DNA of 63,706 bases, the filler included, from Sphaeroforma arctica JP610 (taxonomy: Eukaryota): NCBI RefSeq assembly GCF_001186125.1. It is 7 parts of 2 records of this genome, joined end to end, with 100 filler letters (N's around TTAATTAATTAA, not from the genome) between each part and the next. Parts side by side here need not be neighbours in the genome. Positions count along the whole stretch, not along the records: positions 41,602 to 57,303 come from NW_014040539.1; positions 57,404 to 61,084 come from NW_014040539.1; positions 61,185 to 63,706 come from NW_014040538.1; 4 more parts are not named here. The stretch is one strand, 5' to 3'. Numbering within the stretch: the first letter of the stretch is position 1; each line of letters starts with the position of its first letter. Positions 49,829 through 62,814 of the stretch are shown one piece after another. Both the position numbers and the translations under genes were made by a program. Below the pieces are notes generated by a model. It had not been told where the DNA came from, did not search any database, and saw nothing but the letters and a program-made list of their open reading frames with translations.

Positions 49829-52319
49829 TACTTGTACATCAGAGGTACAGATACATAGTTCACTATACCTTTCTCTATCACCCTAGATGGGGTAACTTGG
49901 CTGGGTATTTACACAATACGTATACTTCGAACACTAGCAATCTACCAATTATTTCCTCCAAGTGTTCTACGAAGGCTCCAGAAACCCCCGGGTGTGTGTA
50001 TCTCAGTTGCGCAGATACATGGTTCACTGTACCTATAATCTTCACACTCAATAGTAGGGCAACTGACCGAGCTAGCACCCAATGTGTACACATACGCCAC
50101 AACCAGTCTACTAACTTATTCTTCGGTGGGCTGCAAATGCGCCAGAAGCGACGGGTGACATTGTATTGTGACGGGTATATATGACAGTATATACATACCA
50201 AGCATATAGATACACTAACTACTCTACCACCACCTTCATCGCACCCGAAGGGATATAGGGCTAGCACATATACACAATGCATGCACTGGCGGTATCTAAC
50301 ATCTACCATTGAACTCCTCAGTGGTCTACACAGACACCATTGGTGCCCGGTGACATGGTGCTGGGAATATATACTACTGGGTACTAGTGTATTGCTTACT
50401 CCACACTCTCTCTACATTGATCACGTCTGTATGTTATTTTGCTTTTGCGTAGAAATAGACACACCTGCAACTCTAACCAAGAGATACTGAACTTGTGCAT
50501 ATACTCTATGCGTACACATACAATACCTACCCACGCTCTACCAATACCTTCAGCCGGGCTGTCTGTTGGCTTGGCTGGCACCAGGTGTTGCAGTGAGGCG
50601 CTGACCACGACACCACGAAACTTTGAATGGCGTTCGTACTCGCTTGCGGGGATGTCTTCCGCACGCGTGTACTTGATGTGGGCCCCTGAGCAGTGGACAA
50701 ACACATACCGAAATCAATACAAAGTAGTCAGGACGGCCTATAATACAACAAACCAGCGGTATAGGCGATGGTATCATAAGGAGGTTCTTATGTTGTTGTT
50801 AATTAGACCGTTTTTTTATCTGCTGGCTGTGCTCTGGGGTCGCAAAGTATACGAGTTGAGTACGCTGGAGGAGTTCACTAATATTCACAGAATATTCAGC
50901 CATCCCCCACAAAAACGTTTCTCTTAGTTACTATTTAACCCTCACACATACGTTTCTCATAGTCACTCACTTCGAACGTCTGAGAAACGCGATACGCCCT
51001 AGACACACATCAACACAAGCAGTTGCATATATTAGACTGATGTCACATCACACTCCGACTTGCTGCCTGGGGGCTTCACCTCGAGCACTCGATTACGCAC
51101 ATCATAATCTGTACAGGAGATGAACCCGTGAGACAGTGCAGGATACCGAACTCTGCATGCACCTAACCCGCCCCAAGGACAATAGCAATCGCAGGTGATA
51201 CGGCACATATACCGACAGCTTCATAGTCTTGTGGCTGTCGAGGTGTGATTGTCGTATACATATGTATGCCATGGAAATGCGCTCTACTATGGGGCAATTT
51301 GGGTCAAATTGCCGCCAGGCGCGCTGGGGATGGAGCCGGAGATAACTCTCATACACACCACGGTAATAAATAAGGACTCTGATTCGACTAGATTTGGACG
51401 GTTTGACACATACATGTAGGCATGGAACGTCTCATCGAAACCATGGGCCAAAACAGCACTCGGTAAGCACTGACACTGACACTGACAGATATTTAAGATG
51501 GTATGACACTATCCAAGGCTAGAGAAACAAACGCACACGGACTCCAATCCGTGCCGTGTAGGTTGAGAGCAAACACATACCCAAGCTGTTGAATATCAGA
51601 GCCACGCCTATGGCCATGCACGTCCAGATCGACACCCTGGCATGTGCATGCAATGAATACGACAACAGTCAGACAATGGGTGGGCCTGCGGTTGGCGATT
51701 GGGTTATAGGGTTGTGTATGGGCTACCAATGTGATAGGTAAAGTAGGGAGAATTTTAGGAGTCTTATAAGATGAGATTCACATGGATTTAGAAGTGTTTG
51801 TACTAAGTATGCACAACGTGACTGAGATCTATCGGTCAGTAGTGGTAAGAAAACGCCTAGCCATCAATCAGGATAGACCATTCGCAATCATCCGTGGCTC
51901 AACTTCATCTGGCTTCTGAGCACTACATACATTTTAGAATGAGACCCCTACCACATATACCTTTTATAATACTCGAATATACTACCTAACAAAACGAACC
52001 CCCCCAAAAAAACAAACTCTCGATCAATCCGATGAGTAACGCACACACACCTATGCACTGTTGAAGCAGCTTCTGGATTGCTATTTATATGTTTGACTAC
52101 AGGAACAGATACATTGTGTCTAGAAACGAATACGTTAATTAAAGAATCGATGTGTAGAGGTCCACTCAGATGACAATACCTGACTATAGACAAATTAGAG
52201 TCCACAAACTTCGTCACTTTCCCGAGTATAGGTTCCTCCCGTGCACTGGCACCATTGCTGTCTGTATTTTGGTGCGCGCTATCTTCAGCTCTACGAAGTT
52301 CTGAAAAGGGATATAACAT
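45693..52319 (-). CDS. C3orf33: C3orf33-like protein (SNase/thermonuclease-like fold, N-terminal TM), at least 7 exons
   Basis: Exons 52319/52300-52180, 51636-51581, 50685-50548, 49379-49209, 48342-48199, 47132-46886 and 45849-45693 are phase-consistent. FVDSNLSIVR-VSIWTCMAIGVALIF-KYTRAEDIP..KFRG, VEHTP, QWLRDNV, NVSWELLRNGLG and EMLAQKQMRGMW parallel C3orf33 motifs (DIP..KLRG, EHIP, EILRRGLG, AExxAxxxxxGIW). Last exon not resolved. Confidence 0.75.
47350..47546. repeat. ~37-bp intronic tandem repeat
   Basis: ATATAGCCATGTATATCTTACAAGATGGTTATAC, about 5 copies. Confidence 0.85.
48337..49076 (-). repeat. ~103-bp minisatellite containing the acceptor of exon 48342-48199
   Basis: Eight copies of (TC)GGTCCCTGTTTATAGATGTGTG (minus strand ATAAACAG|GGACCGA) at about 48338, 48440, 48543, 48646, 48749, 48851, 48953 and 49056. 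Confidence 0.93.
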
Positions 52320-52770
52320 TGATTGCTAACGATATATAATAAATTTGTGAAAAGAATAGAATATAATTACCAAAAGAATGAAATACGATTGATAAAAGAA
52401 TATAATATGATTGTGAAAGGGATAGCAAATACATATTAAAAGAATAGAATGTGATTGTGGAGACATGCAGGCGAGTGTAATGAACCGTAGACGGTATAGC
52501 TAATGCCACCTATGAAGAAATGGGACTACTGATGAGATCACTGCGTACAAGATTATATCACCATCCTACTCGGGCACTAGGCTGAGTATACCCGGCTGGG
52601 CCTAAACCCTAAAACATGAAAACTAGTTGTGTGTGAGAGACGATTGATTTCCTTCGGGACACGAGCTGAGTTGTTAGACGACGAGGCACGATGACATGGT
52701 TTGTGAAGCATTCTGATCGCTCGCATGCACATTGTGGCACCAAACAACACTCCAATATAAGAGGAGACTG

Positions 52771-53135
52771 CGCTATTGATCCACACTGTACATAGTATCA
52801 TCGCTATAGGTCCACACTGTACATAGTATCATCGCTATAGGTCCACACTGTACATAGTATCTTCGCTATAGGTCCACACTGCACATAATATTATCGCTAT
52901 TGATCCACACTGTACATAATATCATCGCTATTGATCCACATATTATCATCGCTATAGGTCCACACTGTACATAGTATCTTCGCTATAGGTCCACACTGTA
53001 CATAATATCATCGCTATTGATCCACGCTGTACATAATATCATCGCTATTGATCCACACTGTACATAGTATCATCGCTATTAGTCTACACTGCACATGGTA
53101 TCATCGCTATTGGTCCACACTGTCCATAGTATCAT
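52771..53135. repeat. 31-bp tandem repeat (~11 copies)
   Basis: TCCACACTGTACATA(G/A)TATCATCGCTAT(AG/TG). Confidence 0.92.
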
Positions 53136-53629
53136 ACCGTTAACATCGGTGTTCGTAGGCTCCAGCGCAGTTTCGTGCAAGTTTCCCCTCATGCTGATGC
53201 GAGAGTGCTGAAGTGTATTGATTGGCTTTCCGACTGCCTAATCTACGCCTGCCTATGATATGACATATGACATGTGGGGGCGAAAGTTAATATGAATTTC
53301 TGCATGTTGATTCAGCTTTAAGTCTCTATGATAAGGTGCGTTTCCGTCAATAGACGACCAATTTCAACACGCACTATATGCCCAGAGTTGCTAGGCAACG
53401 GAGGAAAATATACACGCTACATATGTACCTACATGGCTTCGCTAAAAAAAGTGGGTAAGTAGGCTAAAATTACAACCTCGGCCCATTAAGTCTGGTGTGA
53501 ACAATCCTTTTGCGTAACAAAAAAAATAGTTCTTCAGCGATACACCAACAATGAACCGCGAATGATAGAGCCACGCGACTACGCAGATAGCAAGCAGTCC
53601 ACGCCATCCGCCGGTATCGGCATATGTAT

Positions 53630-53922
53630 CGTATACAACAACGTACGAGCATTCAGTACGACAACGTACGAGCATTCAATACGACAACGTACGAGCATTC
53701 AATACGACAACGTATGAACATTCAGTACGACAACGTAAGAGCATTCAATACGACAACGTACGAGCATTCAACACTACAATGTACGAGCATTCAATACGAC
53801 AACGTAAGAGCATTCAATACGACAACGTACGAGCATTCAATACGACAACGTACGAGCATTCAATACGACAACGTACGAATATTCAATCCGACAACGTACG
53901 AGCATTCAATGCGACAACGTAA
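53630..53922. repeat. 23-bp tandem repeat (~13 copies)
   Basis: ACGACAACGTACGAGCATTCAAT. Confidence 0.95.
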
Positions 53923-55006
53923 GGCTTTCAACCACTAGTCAAGACCAACGTGAACGCCCATTTAGCTCGTGCACTACCGCCGCAGTATCACAAGCGGTGG
54001 ATACTCAAACACTCATAGAGTCTCATCTGCAGACTTCAACTCTCGGGTATGGACACGGATGCAACCAGCACACCCCACAACCACTACTACACCAAAGCAA
54101 CACTCAGTATCGAAACAGCATACCAATCCAGGTTTGTTAGTCCTGCCCGTGGGTCAATCAGTCCTCTTTCTCTGAGCCCAGTTGAGACATTGCATAGGCA
54201 GTCTCCTGCGAGATGTCCTTCTGGAAGTGGCACCAGGCCAACCCGGCAACGACTGTGAGTGCGAAGAGCCACTGTATACCGACTTTCAGTATCTGCAGCA
54301 GAGGGTAGTAGGTAAAAGTTAGCCGGTCAGATATTAGGAAGAACTTTATGGCGCAGACCAACAGCCTGGTAAAGTTGAGTTATAGTATACTTAGAAGCAG
54401 ATTAAGGAGCAGGGTAAAGGTATACAGTTGCATATAGCTCGTAGGGAACAAATAAAGTGGAGCTTTTGAGCACCTTGCTAATCTGGCAAATCCGTTCATT
54501 GTCTCAGAATACCGTGTTGAGTACCTGTGGATTTTAAATATATATGTACGTGACACACACGGGATATGGCTACGATAGACGCTATTGAATTCGGAGAATA
54601 TAGACAGTAGTACGTTCGCCTGAGCATGTCAGCTGTGTAGCAGAAGTGTATATGGGTGGATAGAACGCAACACGAAGCCACATCAGCACCGCACCGAAAT
54701 CGATCTCTTGAGTTTCAACGATATCTAACCCCAGCACTCCTTGTGGCTCGATACTGACAGCCTGTCTCTTTAAACCAGGACGCCACTAGTTTCCAAGGTA
54801 TGCGACTGAACAACGATCAGAGAAAAAATGGGTGAAAGAATGGTCCTAACACTCGGTTACTACGCGTGACCTGGGTGGGTATTCATCACATCACACCTTC
54901 ATCAACTCCAGATGACAGATAAAACAGCTTTCAGGTATATGCTGTCGTAATCGCTCTTGTCGCGCACGTAGCACTACTATATTTCTATATATATATATAT
55001 ATATAT

Positions 55007-55093
<87 letters not shown>

Positions 55094-55113
55094 NNNNNNN
55101 NNNNNNNNNNNNN

Positions 55114-55160
<47 letters not shown>

Positions 55161-56630
55161 TTGTTTGTTTAGTCTATTTTAACAGTGCTCGCTGACAATT
55201 GTGGCTGTTGATAATAGTGTTCGTGTATGGATCTGTGTTTGAACAGATTGACCATGGACGGAACAGTAAGCAAGACTACTCGTGGACACAAAATCGAGGT
55301 ATGTTTCAAAGTTTGGCTGCTTGTCAGAATTTAAAACCTGCACAACACTTTCGTAGCCAAGTTTGTGGCGATACCGTTCGACGTCTAGTTAAAAGATATA
55401 TATATAAACTTTGTGCGTATTCATTTAAATGGATCGAGAACGTGAAAACGATCCGTTTCCTGACGTGCACTTCTGCAATTAAGAATAGACACATAGTCAC
55501 GTGCATGAGCATGTCCTGAAATGTACAAGCGATTAAAATGCATCCTGCTTGATTCTCTGTCGAGCTAAGTCAACAGATTAATTGTTTGGGCATTCTTACG
55601 TATAAACCAATACCCACTAAAAACAAAAACCCTCATAAAATAGCATTAACAAGTAGAGGCCACCATACAATAGTATGAAGCAGCCGTACAACTGAAGTGT
55701 CAGCGCGCTTGACTGTTAGTTGGTAGCGTGTGCAAACCCACCTAGCTAACGCATAACGGCATTGTACACCATCAGTGATCGACACTACGCTTGCGTTCAC
55801 CGTGTCAATGGTGCCTAAATTCAACAAGGCAGATCAGACCCACCACTGGTGTACAATGTCTACGAATACTACACAAGAACATATATATTGGCCTACGCGA
55901 CCATTTGTCGTCGAATTTTCGCTGGAATATAGTCAGTGTTAATATTGACAACAAACCTTGGTTGAATTCTGGATTATATTCTGCCACGCATGCATCGCTT
56001 CCATCTCTTCACTTGAAGTGTGGTAGTTTATTAAAAAATGGCAACATCGTTGCCGAGCCTGTCCGCAAACGCAAAGATATAAACTATCACATAATACTAC
56101 CTAGGCCTCCTCACCTGTTGTTGTTCATCGTCGAAGTTGTTCATGCTCTGTGGATATGCTCAACTAACAGCATGCCGGTATAAGCTCTGTACAATCGTAG
56201 TGTTCGCGACAATAGTGTTTATATGTCCATTTATTTTTTAAACTGAAACACTTGCTTCAGTGGTTGTGAATATTTACGTCTATTTTTTTTTAAATAAAGT
56301 GTCCAATTTAAAAGTTGGACGTAAACGCTTTATTTATTCCAATTAGAAACTAAAATTAACCTATTTTACGAACTGCAGACACTCTCTAGTAAGGAAAAAT
56401 TGTGAAACCTTAAACCTCAGTGCTCCAAACATGCACCCATGGCAATCTCCACAGGGCCATCAGCCCAACACGTCAAGACATTTTACGTAAACAATGAATA
56501 TAGCATACTGTCTTTCCATTGGTGGAAACAAATTATGGTTTTCAATGTTGCACAAAATTGATAAAAATCCCACAATACCCTCGTATTTTTAAAATAGTAT
56601 ATATATGGCAAACATCGATGGAATTAAATT

Positions 56631-56819
56631 AACGCTTCTCGGCCGATTGGCTAAGATCAAGTGTAGTATCTGTTCTAATCAGTTTAATCACTGGTTTTCT
56701 ACTATATGTAGAAACTATGATTAATACACTTTTTGTACATAGGAGGTGGTGCAGTGGATTTATTCACGGCCTCTCCACGCATGGCCTTTGCCTTCGCACT
56801 TTCGCGAAGGCCGTGCACA
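56631..56819 (+). ncRNA. U2: U2 spliceosomal snRNA
   Basis: CGCTTCTCGGCC.ATTGGCTAAGATCAAGTGTAGTATCTGTTCT.ATCAGTTTAAT matches the U2 5' end, including the branch-recognition GTAGTA. Sm-like TTTTTG near 56730. 3' stem-loop GCATGGCCTTTGC/GCGAAGGCCGTGC. Length about 188 nt. Confidence 0.95.
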
Positions 56820-58473
56820 TATGTCTCCACCATTTATATATATAATATAGAAAAAAATAATAAAGTGCAAACGTTAAATCCTTCAACTGCGAGCAAAATC
56901 TTAATTCTAAAGAGATATTTGCAAAACAACTCTCATGAATTGGTAAGAGAAATTGGGAGCGTTTTTTAACTAATATTTATGTAGTTCCATAATCGATCTA
57001 GCTAATTCATGAGACTTATTTCGCTCTCATAAATGCACAATCTTTAATAGGAAGGTAGTATGAATAGCTGAGCAACGTCTACGCTTCTCGCTAAGTTTGA
57101 AGTAAATATAAAGCAGTTTTGGCTAGACTACTTCTCTTTGACATTAAACTTGGCAAGAGTCATGTCTCGTGCCCTTTTCTAGTTGCCTTCACGTATTTGG
57201 CAATTGCCAGTTTGTTATTATCAGCGCTGAGTGGGGTGTACTTTGTATATATTTACATATACTTATTGAACAAATGCTCGAACAAAGATATACATATACA
57301 GATNNNNNNNNNNNNNNNNNNNNNNNNNNNNNNNNNNNNNNNNNNNNTTAATTAATTAANNNNNNNNNNNNNNNNNNNNNNNNNNNNNNNNNNNNNNNNN
57401 NNNTATTTATGTAGTAATTTATATTATTTGCACTACCATAACAATCATATTTATTCTGCAACCTGAAATGCAAAACGAGATGTAGAACATTGCTTCAACA
57501 GTTTGTGCTGAAGAGTTATTTATAGTGCAAAGTTGACGCCCTGATAATTTATTAGCATGCATTAAGATGGTTACAAACATTCGCAACGCAATCTAACAGG
57601 TGAACTGCTCGACTTTAGAGGGATATCGTATGAATCACTCTGAGACCTATGAGCTTATTATACCCCTAGATTTTGATCGATTAGTTTTTATTCTTGACTG
57701 GCGCCTTTTTCTATTGCGTCCACTACCTTTTCCCTTTCTGATTTACCCTGTTCGCTCTGGACTGCCAATCTATAGTTCCATACAAACACTTTAGAACTAT
57801 ACAAACCACAGTGAAACCACGGCAGACAAAACAAACATGAAAGGGGGTATATGATGAAAGCACACTCAGCTGCTGGTTTGACCACAGCCAAACCGTGACC
57901 TTGATACATATTGTATTACTGCTTCACCATTCCATTAAAACATATATTTATGACCGGATCTTACGTACACATTTGTATAGACGACCCCATTTCTGATGCA
58001 GTTCTCCCTTCACACCGCATACCATACTATATCCGGTTGCTATTATTTATATATATATTCGAAGTTTCCATCAGCACAAAACAAAAGAGTCGAAGTATCA
58101 ACCGTGTCCAGAGCTCTGTGCCACAGATAGAACTTGACAATCCTCCGATATGCATTAACTTATCTTGGCTCATAGACACAATAAGAAACACAAGACTAAA
58201 TCAGACCGTAAATTTCGGCAGCACATTGGAATAAAGCACGCACAGTCTAGTCGTGTTCGCATAGTCAAGTCGGACATGCATCCCAAAGCTTTCCACACAT
58301 AAGAAAGCAAAGAAGGCAAAGTAGAGCTATGTACACTGAGTAAATCTGTATGCACATAGAAACGCTGCATATACATAGTATAGCTACATACGTACAAAAT
58401 TTGATATATATATATATATATATATACATATATATATAGACACATGTATACATATACATACATATACATATAC

Positions 58474-58509
<36 letters not shown>

Positions 58510-59413
58510 ATACACACACACACACACACACANNNNNNNNNNNNNNNNNNNNNNNNNNNNNNNNNNNNNNNNNNNNNNNNNNNNNNNNNNNNNNNNNNNN
58601 NNNNNNNNNNNNNNNNNNNNNNNNNNNNNNNNNNNNNNNNNNNNNNNNNNNNNNNNNNNNNNNNNNNNNNNNNNNNNNNNNNNNNNNNNNNNNNNNNNNN
58701 NNNNNNNNNNNNNNNNNNNNNNNNNNNNNNNNNNNNNNNNNNNNNNNNNNNNNNNNNNNNNNNNNNNNNNNNNNNNNNNNNNNNNNNNNNNNNNNNNNNN
58801 NNNNNNNNNNNNNNNNNNNNNNNNNNNNNNNNNNNNNNNNNNNNNNNNNNNNNNNNNNNNNNNNNNNNNNNNNNNNNNNNNNNNNNNNNNNNNNNNNNNN
58901 NNNNNNNNNNNNNNNNNNNNNNNNNNNNNNNNNNNNNNNNNNNNNNNNNNNNNNNNNNNNNNNNNNNNNNNNNNNNNNNNNNNNNNNNNNNNNNNNNNNN
59001 NNNNNNNNNNNNNNNNNNNNNNNNNNNNNNNNNNNNNNNNNNNNNNNNNNNNNNNNNNNNNNNNNNNNNNNNNNNNNNNNNNNNNNNNNNNNNNNNNNNN
59101 NNNNNNNNNNNNNNNNNNNNNNNNNNNNNNNNNNNNNNNNNNNNNNNNNNNNNNNNNNNNNNNNNNNNNNNNNNNNNNNNNNNNNNNNNNNNNNNNNNNN
59201 NNNNNNNNNNNNNNNNNNNNNNNNNNNNNNNNNNNNNNNNNNNNNNNNNNNNNNNNNNNNNNNNNNNNNNNNNNNNNNNNNNNNNNNNNNNNNNNNNNNN
59301 NNNNNNNNNNNNNNNNNNNNNNNNNNNNNNNNNNNNNNNNNNNNNNNNNNNNNNNNNNNNNNNTACATACAAACACACACACACACACATACATACATAC
59401 ATACATACATACG

Positions 59414-59465
<52 letters not shown>

Positions 59466-61433
59466 GTAACTGTATATACTAATTATATATACTCAAAACT
59501 ATATATTCAAGATCAAATATCCAGTATTGCACGGTGAAGTAGACTACTTTTCTTGTTGACGTCGCAATGTTTGAAACGCAGTCAGAGCCCTGCCTTTGTC
59601 CGCTTTGGCCTTCTTCGTCGCCTTACATATGTTGCCATATAATATGTATATGGTATTAGGTCGTCCAAGATTAAGACTCTTTTCGAACATAGCTGAGGCC
59701 TGAGGGCCTCTCGCACATATCCACCCATCTCTCTCGCACATATCCACCTATCTCTCTCGCACATATCATCACCCATCTCTCGCACTCTCTCACACAGAGA
59801 GATGAGGCAAATGTACGATGACCACCCAAAACCGCAACCAAAATGCTCTGTTAGTGAAGATTGGTGAACTTTTCCCCCCAGTGCCAAGGCAGTCCATGCC
59901 AAGCCAATCTCTAAATAAGATTTACCAAAGAAAGAGAGAGCTTTTTAACGTTTAAACTTTAATGAGGACTATAGGACCAAATATGGTATTTAAACCGACA
60001 ATCCGACATCAAACATACAGAACCAATACCAAGAATTAACGGATTGAGGTTTTCCGTTTTATAGCCAAGCTATAATACATACATCACATGTGAAAATTAT
60101 GACTCATCGTATGTAAATAAAAAATGCATGACCGATTCGGATTCCGGAAGTGAGTCATCAATTTTATGCCTACGTTTGGAGTTCCGAGATTTCACATAAA
60201 TATTGAATTCGGAATGTGTTTTGTTTTATTATTTTTACATTCAACATCCAAACTGCTTTTAGGTCTCTTGATCCAAACATATAAATATTAAATATTTACA
60301 GACGCGGGTGTTTATTCATAACTAGAGTTTAAAAGCTATCAAGTAGAACGAAACACTATTATGGTAGATAAGAAGATAAGCAAAGAGGCTGAAGCCAATA
60401 CGAGTGGATCGACGACAGAGTCTGGCGGGTCCAGCTCAAATCCGGTATGTTTCGAATATGATGTATGCTTCTGTCTTCATATCGTTTAACCCTTAGGATT
60501 CATGTTGGTCTTTTCTGAACGTTTGTTGTTCAATATACGTGGTTGCTATATATTTCTGGCGTGCTTATGTAATCGACATAACGATAACGTACCATGAACA
60601 GTGTTGTATTTTTCTTTTCATCCCGGCCCTTTTCGGCGGCGATTACCTTATTGTCGATGTTCCACCTATCACTGGTATTGTATTTGTCTAGAGCGCCAAG
60701 CGTTGGAGTGTGGGATGACCACATATCTCTCCATTCTTGTCGTATCATTAGCATAGTTCCTATAATCGATCACATGTACACTCATCTACGCGTGACTAGA
60801 GCTTTGGACTATCCAGCATTCATGACCTGTGCCTTGTGCCTTGCATTGCACGGCCTGACCTTTTTTTTTAACAACCAATGGGGCATATGATCAGTTATGC
60901 CGATAGTATGCATATATCTCCTCCAACCATATGTCTGTCATACCTCTACCATATGTCTGTTATGTCTGTTATGTAGTGTATGGCATAGGTTTGTCCAAAT
61001 CTGTATCACGTTGTAGGCTTAATGAACACAAAGGACTTCATTAGAAGAGAAACTTAGACTGTTCTCAATTTTAGAAGAAAGGATNNNNNNNNNNNNNNNN
61101 NNNNNNNNNNNNNNNNNNNNNNNNNNNNTTAATTAATTAANNNNNNNNNNNNNNNNNNNNNNNNNNNNNNNNNNNNNNNNNNNNTATATATATATATATA
61201 TTTATTTATATGTAAATATATATATATATATTTATATATATATATATATATAGTATCTTTGAGTGAAATATGCAGTTTAAGAGCTTCAATAGGAAACGTA
61301 TTTTCACATATTAAGGATCTACAATCTACGATATGGTTTGATTTGTAGGATCTGTAGTCTTGTATATACTATATAGAAGAGACTTTAAACACAACACCCC
61401 ATGATTATATATTTTATGTTTCAATATATATAG

Positions 61434-62358
61434 AGTTGCCAAGATTTGGAAGGAAGGATCGTACTCATACCTGGCAGTGGAGTACATGTGGAGCACATCA
61501 AGGTCGCGCAATGAGAGCCAGGTGTGTCTAGTACAGACTTTTGGATATGTGTTTATTGTTATGTTTACTAGGTCTTGGTATAGTGTTTAGTATAGATATG
61601 TCGTCGCGTGTTTTATTAACAACCTCTATGCACAATCATGTGGATGTTACGGATGTACACAGGATATGGGGTTTTTTTTGTAATCTAGTTTTTAAGTTTA
61701 TAGATTGATGCAGTTTTGCGATTGCTCGTCAAAATAGGTAGTTGTGGCTACCATATTACACCAAAGGATAAATATAGTTATTTAAAGCAAAATACATGTG
61801 TACCATCGGCACAGCCTTGTTCACTCATAGTCGATTATACATAATCGTACACGTCCAAGTGTTAAATGAACACAATTGCCACTGTGTTCTGTACATACAA
61901 ACAGAATTGCCACAAATACGCATTGCAGATAGCCCAGCAAGACCACTGTACCTGGATGTGCTTATACCTATTCTCATATCGTTTGAAACATACTCAATTA
62001 TTCGATTCTTTTGCAGTGTGTAGTGCCCGTTTTTATATTCAGCCATATATATATATATATATATTCGGTAGTGCTGTGGCGTTGACTCAAAACAACGTGA
62101 CTCTTAACCATGTAAAGTATTTAGCTGTTGTCATACTACAACTTCCTGAACATACCGATATCTGTGCAGGTTGTTTGTAATGTAATCGAAGACTGTGGGA
62201 CTGGTGATGTGGTGGAGGACTTGCTGCTAATGGGTGTGGAGCTTTTAAGTCCAGCTATACCTGTACTGTTGGGCGCGAGTGGTCATCTATTGGTGGAGTC
62301 ACAGGCTTCGAAAGATCTCAAAGAGATCTTTAACACAATTTCATCAAAACTGAAGCAG
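61434..62358 (+). CDS. Two probable exons of an unidentified protein
   Basis: Exon 62170-62358 (TGCAG|..|GTATG, 63 codons VVCNVIEDCGTGDVVEDLLLMGVELL..KLKQ). Possible upstream exon ~61434-61521 (VAKIWKEGSYSYLAVEYMW..NESQ|GT) in matching phase. Confidence 0.5.
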
Positions 62359-62814
62359 GTATGCGGTAAATATTGCTCCATTCAGAATGGTTTTGATATA
62401 TACTTCGGATTTCTTACCCCGAAAGGCGTGTTTGGTGCATCCGACACCTTAGTATGTTTGGTTCTACATACGTATCTATTTTATTTTATTACGGGAATGC
62501 TTGGGATTCATTATGTACCAAACTCTTCCCCTAATTCCTTGTACGCAACAGTAATGTCGCACACGCGAACTGCAAGGCGACTCGACTGTGTGTTCAGCTT
62601 CCCCTACAGTGTATGATAAGCCCACACAAGCAAACTTATATAGATTTATATATATATATGTGTATGTGTGTGTGTGGGTGGGTGTGGGTATGTATGTGTA
62701 CAGGCTAGTCTCCTCCTATCCCAAAATCCTAGACCTCGATCCTTAAAGTTACATCTCATATACTTTACTGGGCATCCCTTAGTTTTACTCCCATGCACCC
62801 TAATTGACATGAAT

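Noticed and set aside
52771..53922. 23- and 31-bp arrays as CRISPR-like
   Set aside because: Head-to-tail tandem units with no unique spacers and no cas genes, in a eukaryotic context.
55630..56150. Possible Harbinger-like transposase relic on the minus strand
   Set aside because: Only a vague resemblance, with no DDE motifs or TIRs identified.
60530..60830. Chromodomain-like ORF (WNIDNKVIAAEK..LFMVRY)
   Set aside because: Key aromatic and W motifs are missing and there is no associated integrase.
4054..61184. Recurring TTAATTAATTAA in N gaps, and apparent clustering of glycosylation genes (DOLK, GT47, PMT)
   Set aside because: The motif is an artificial linker. DOLK is on a different piece, so no cluster can be inferred across linkers.
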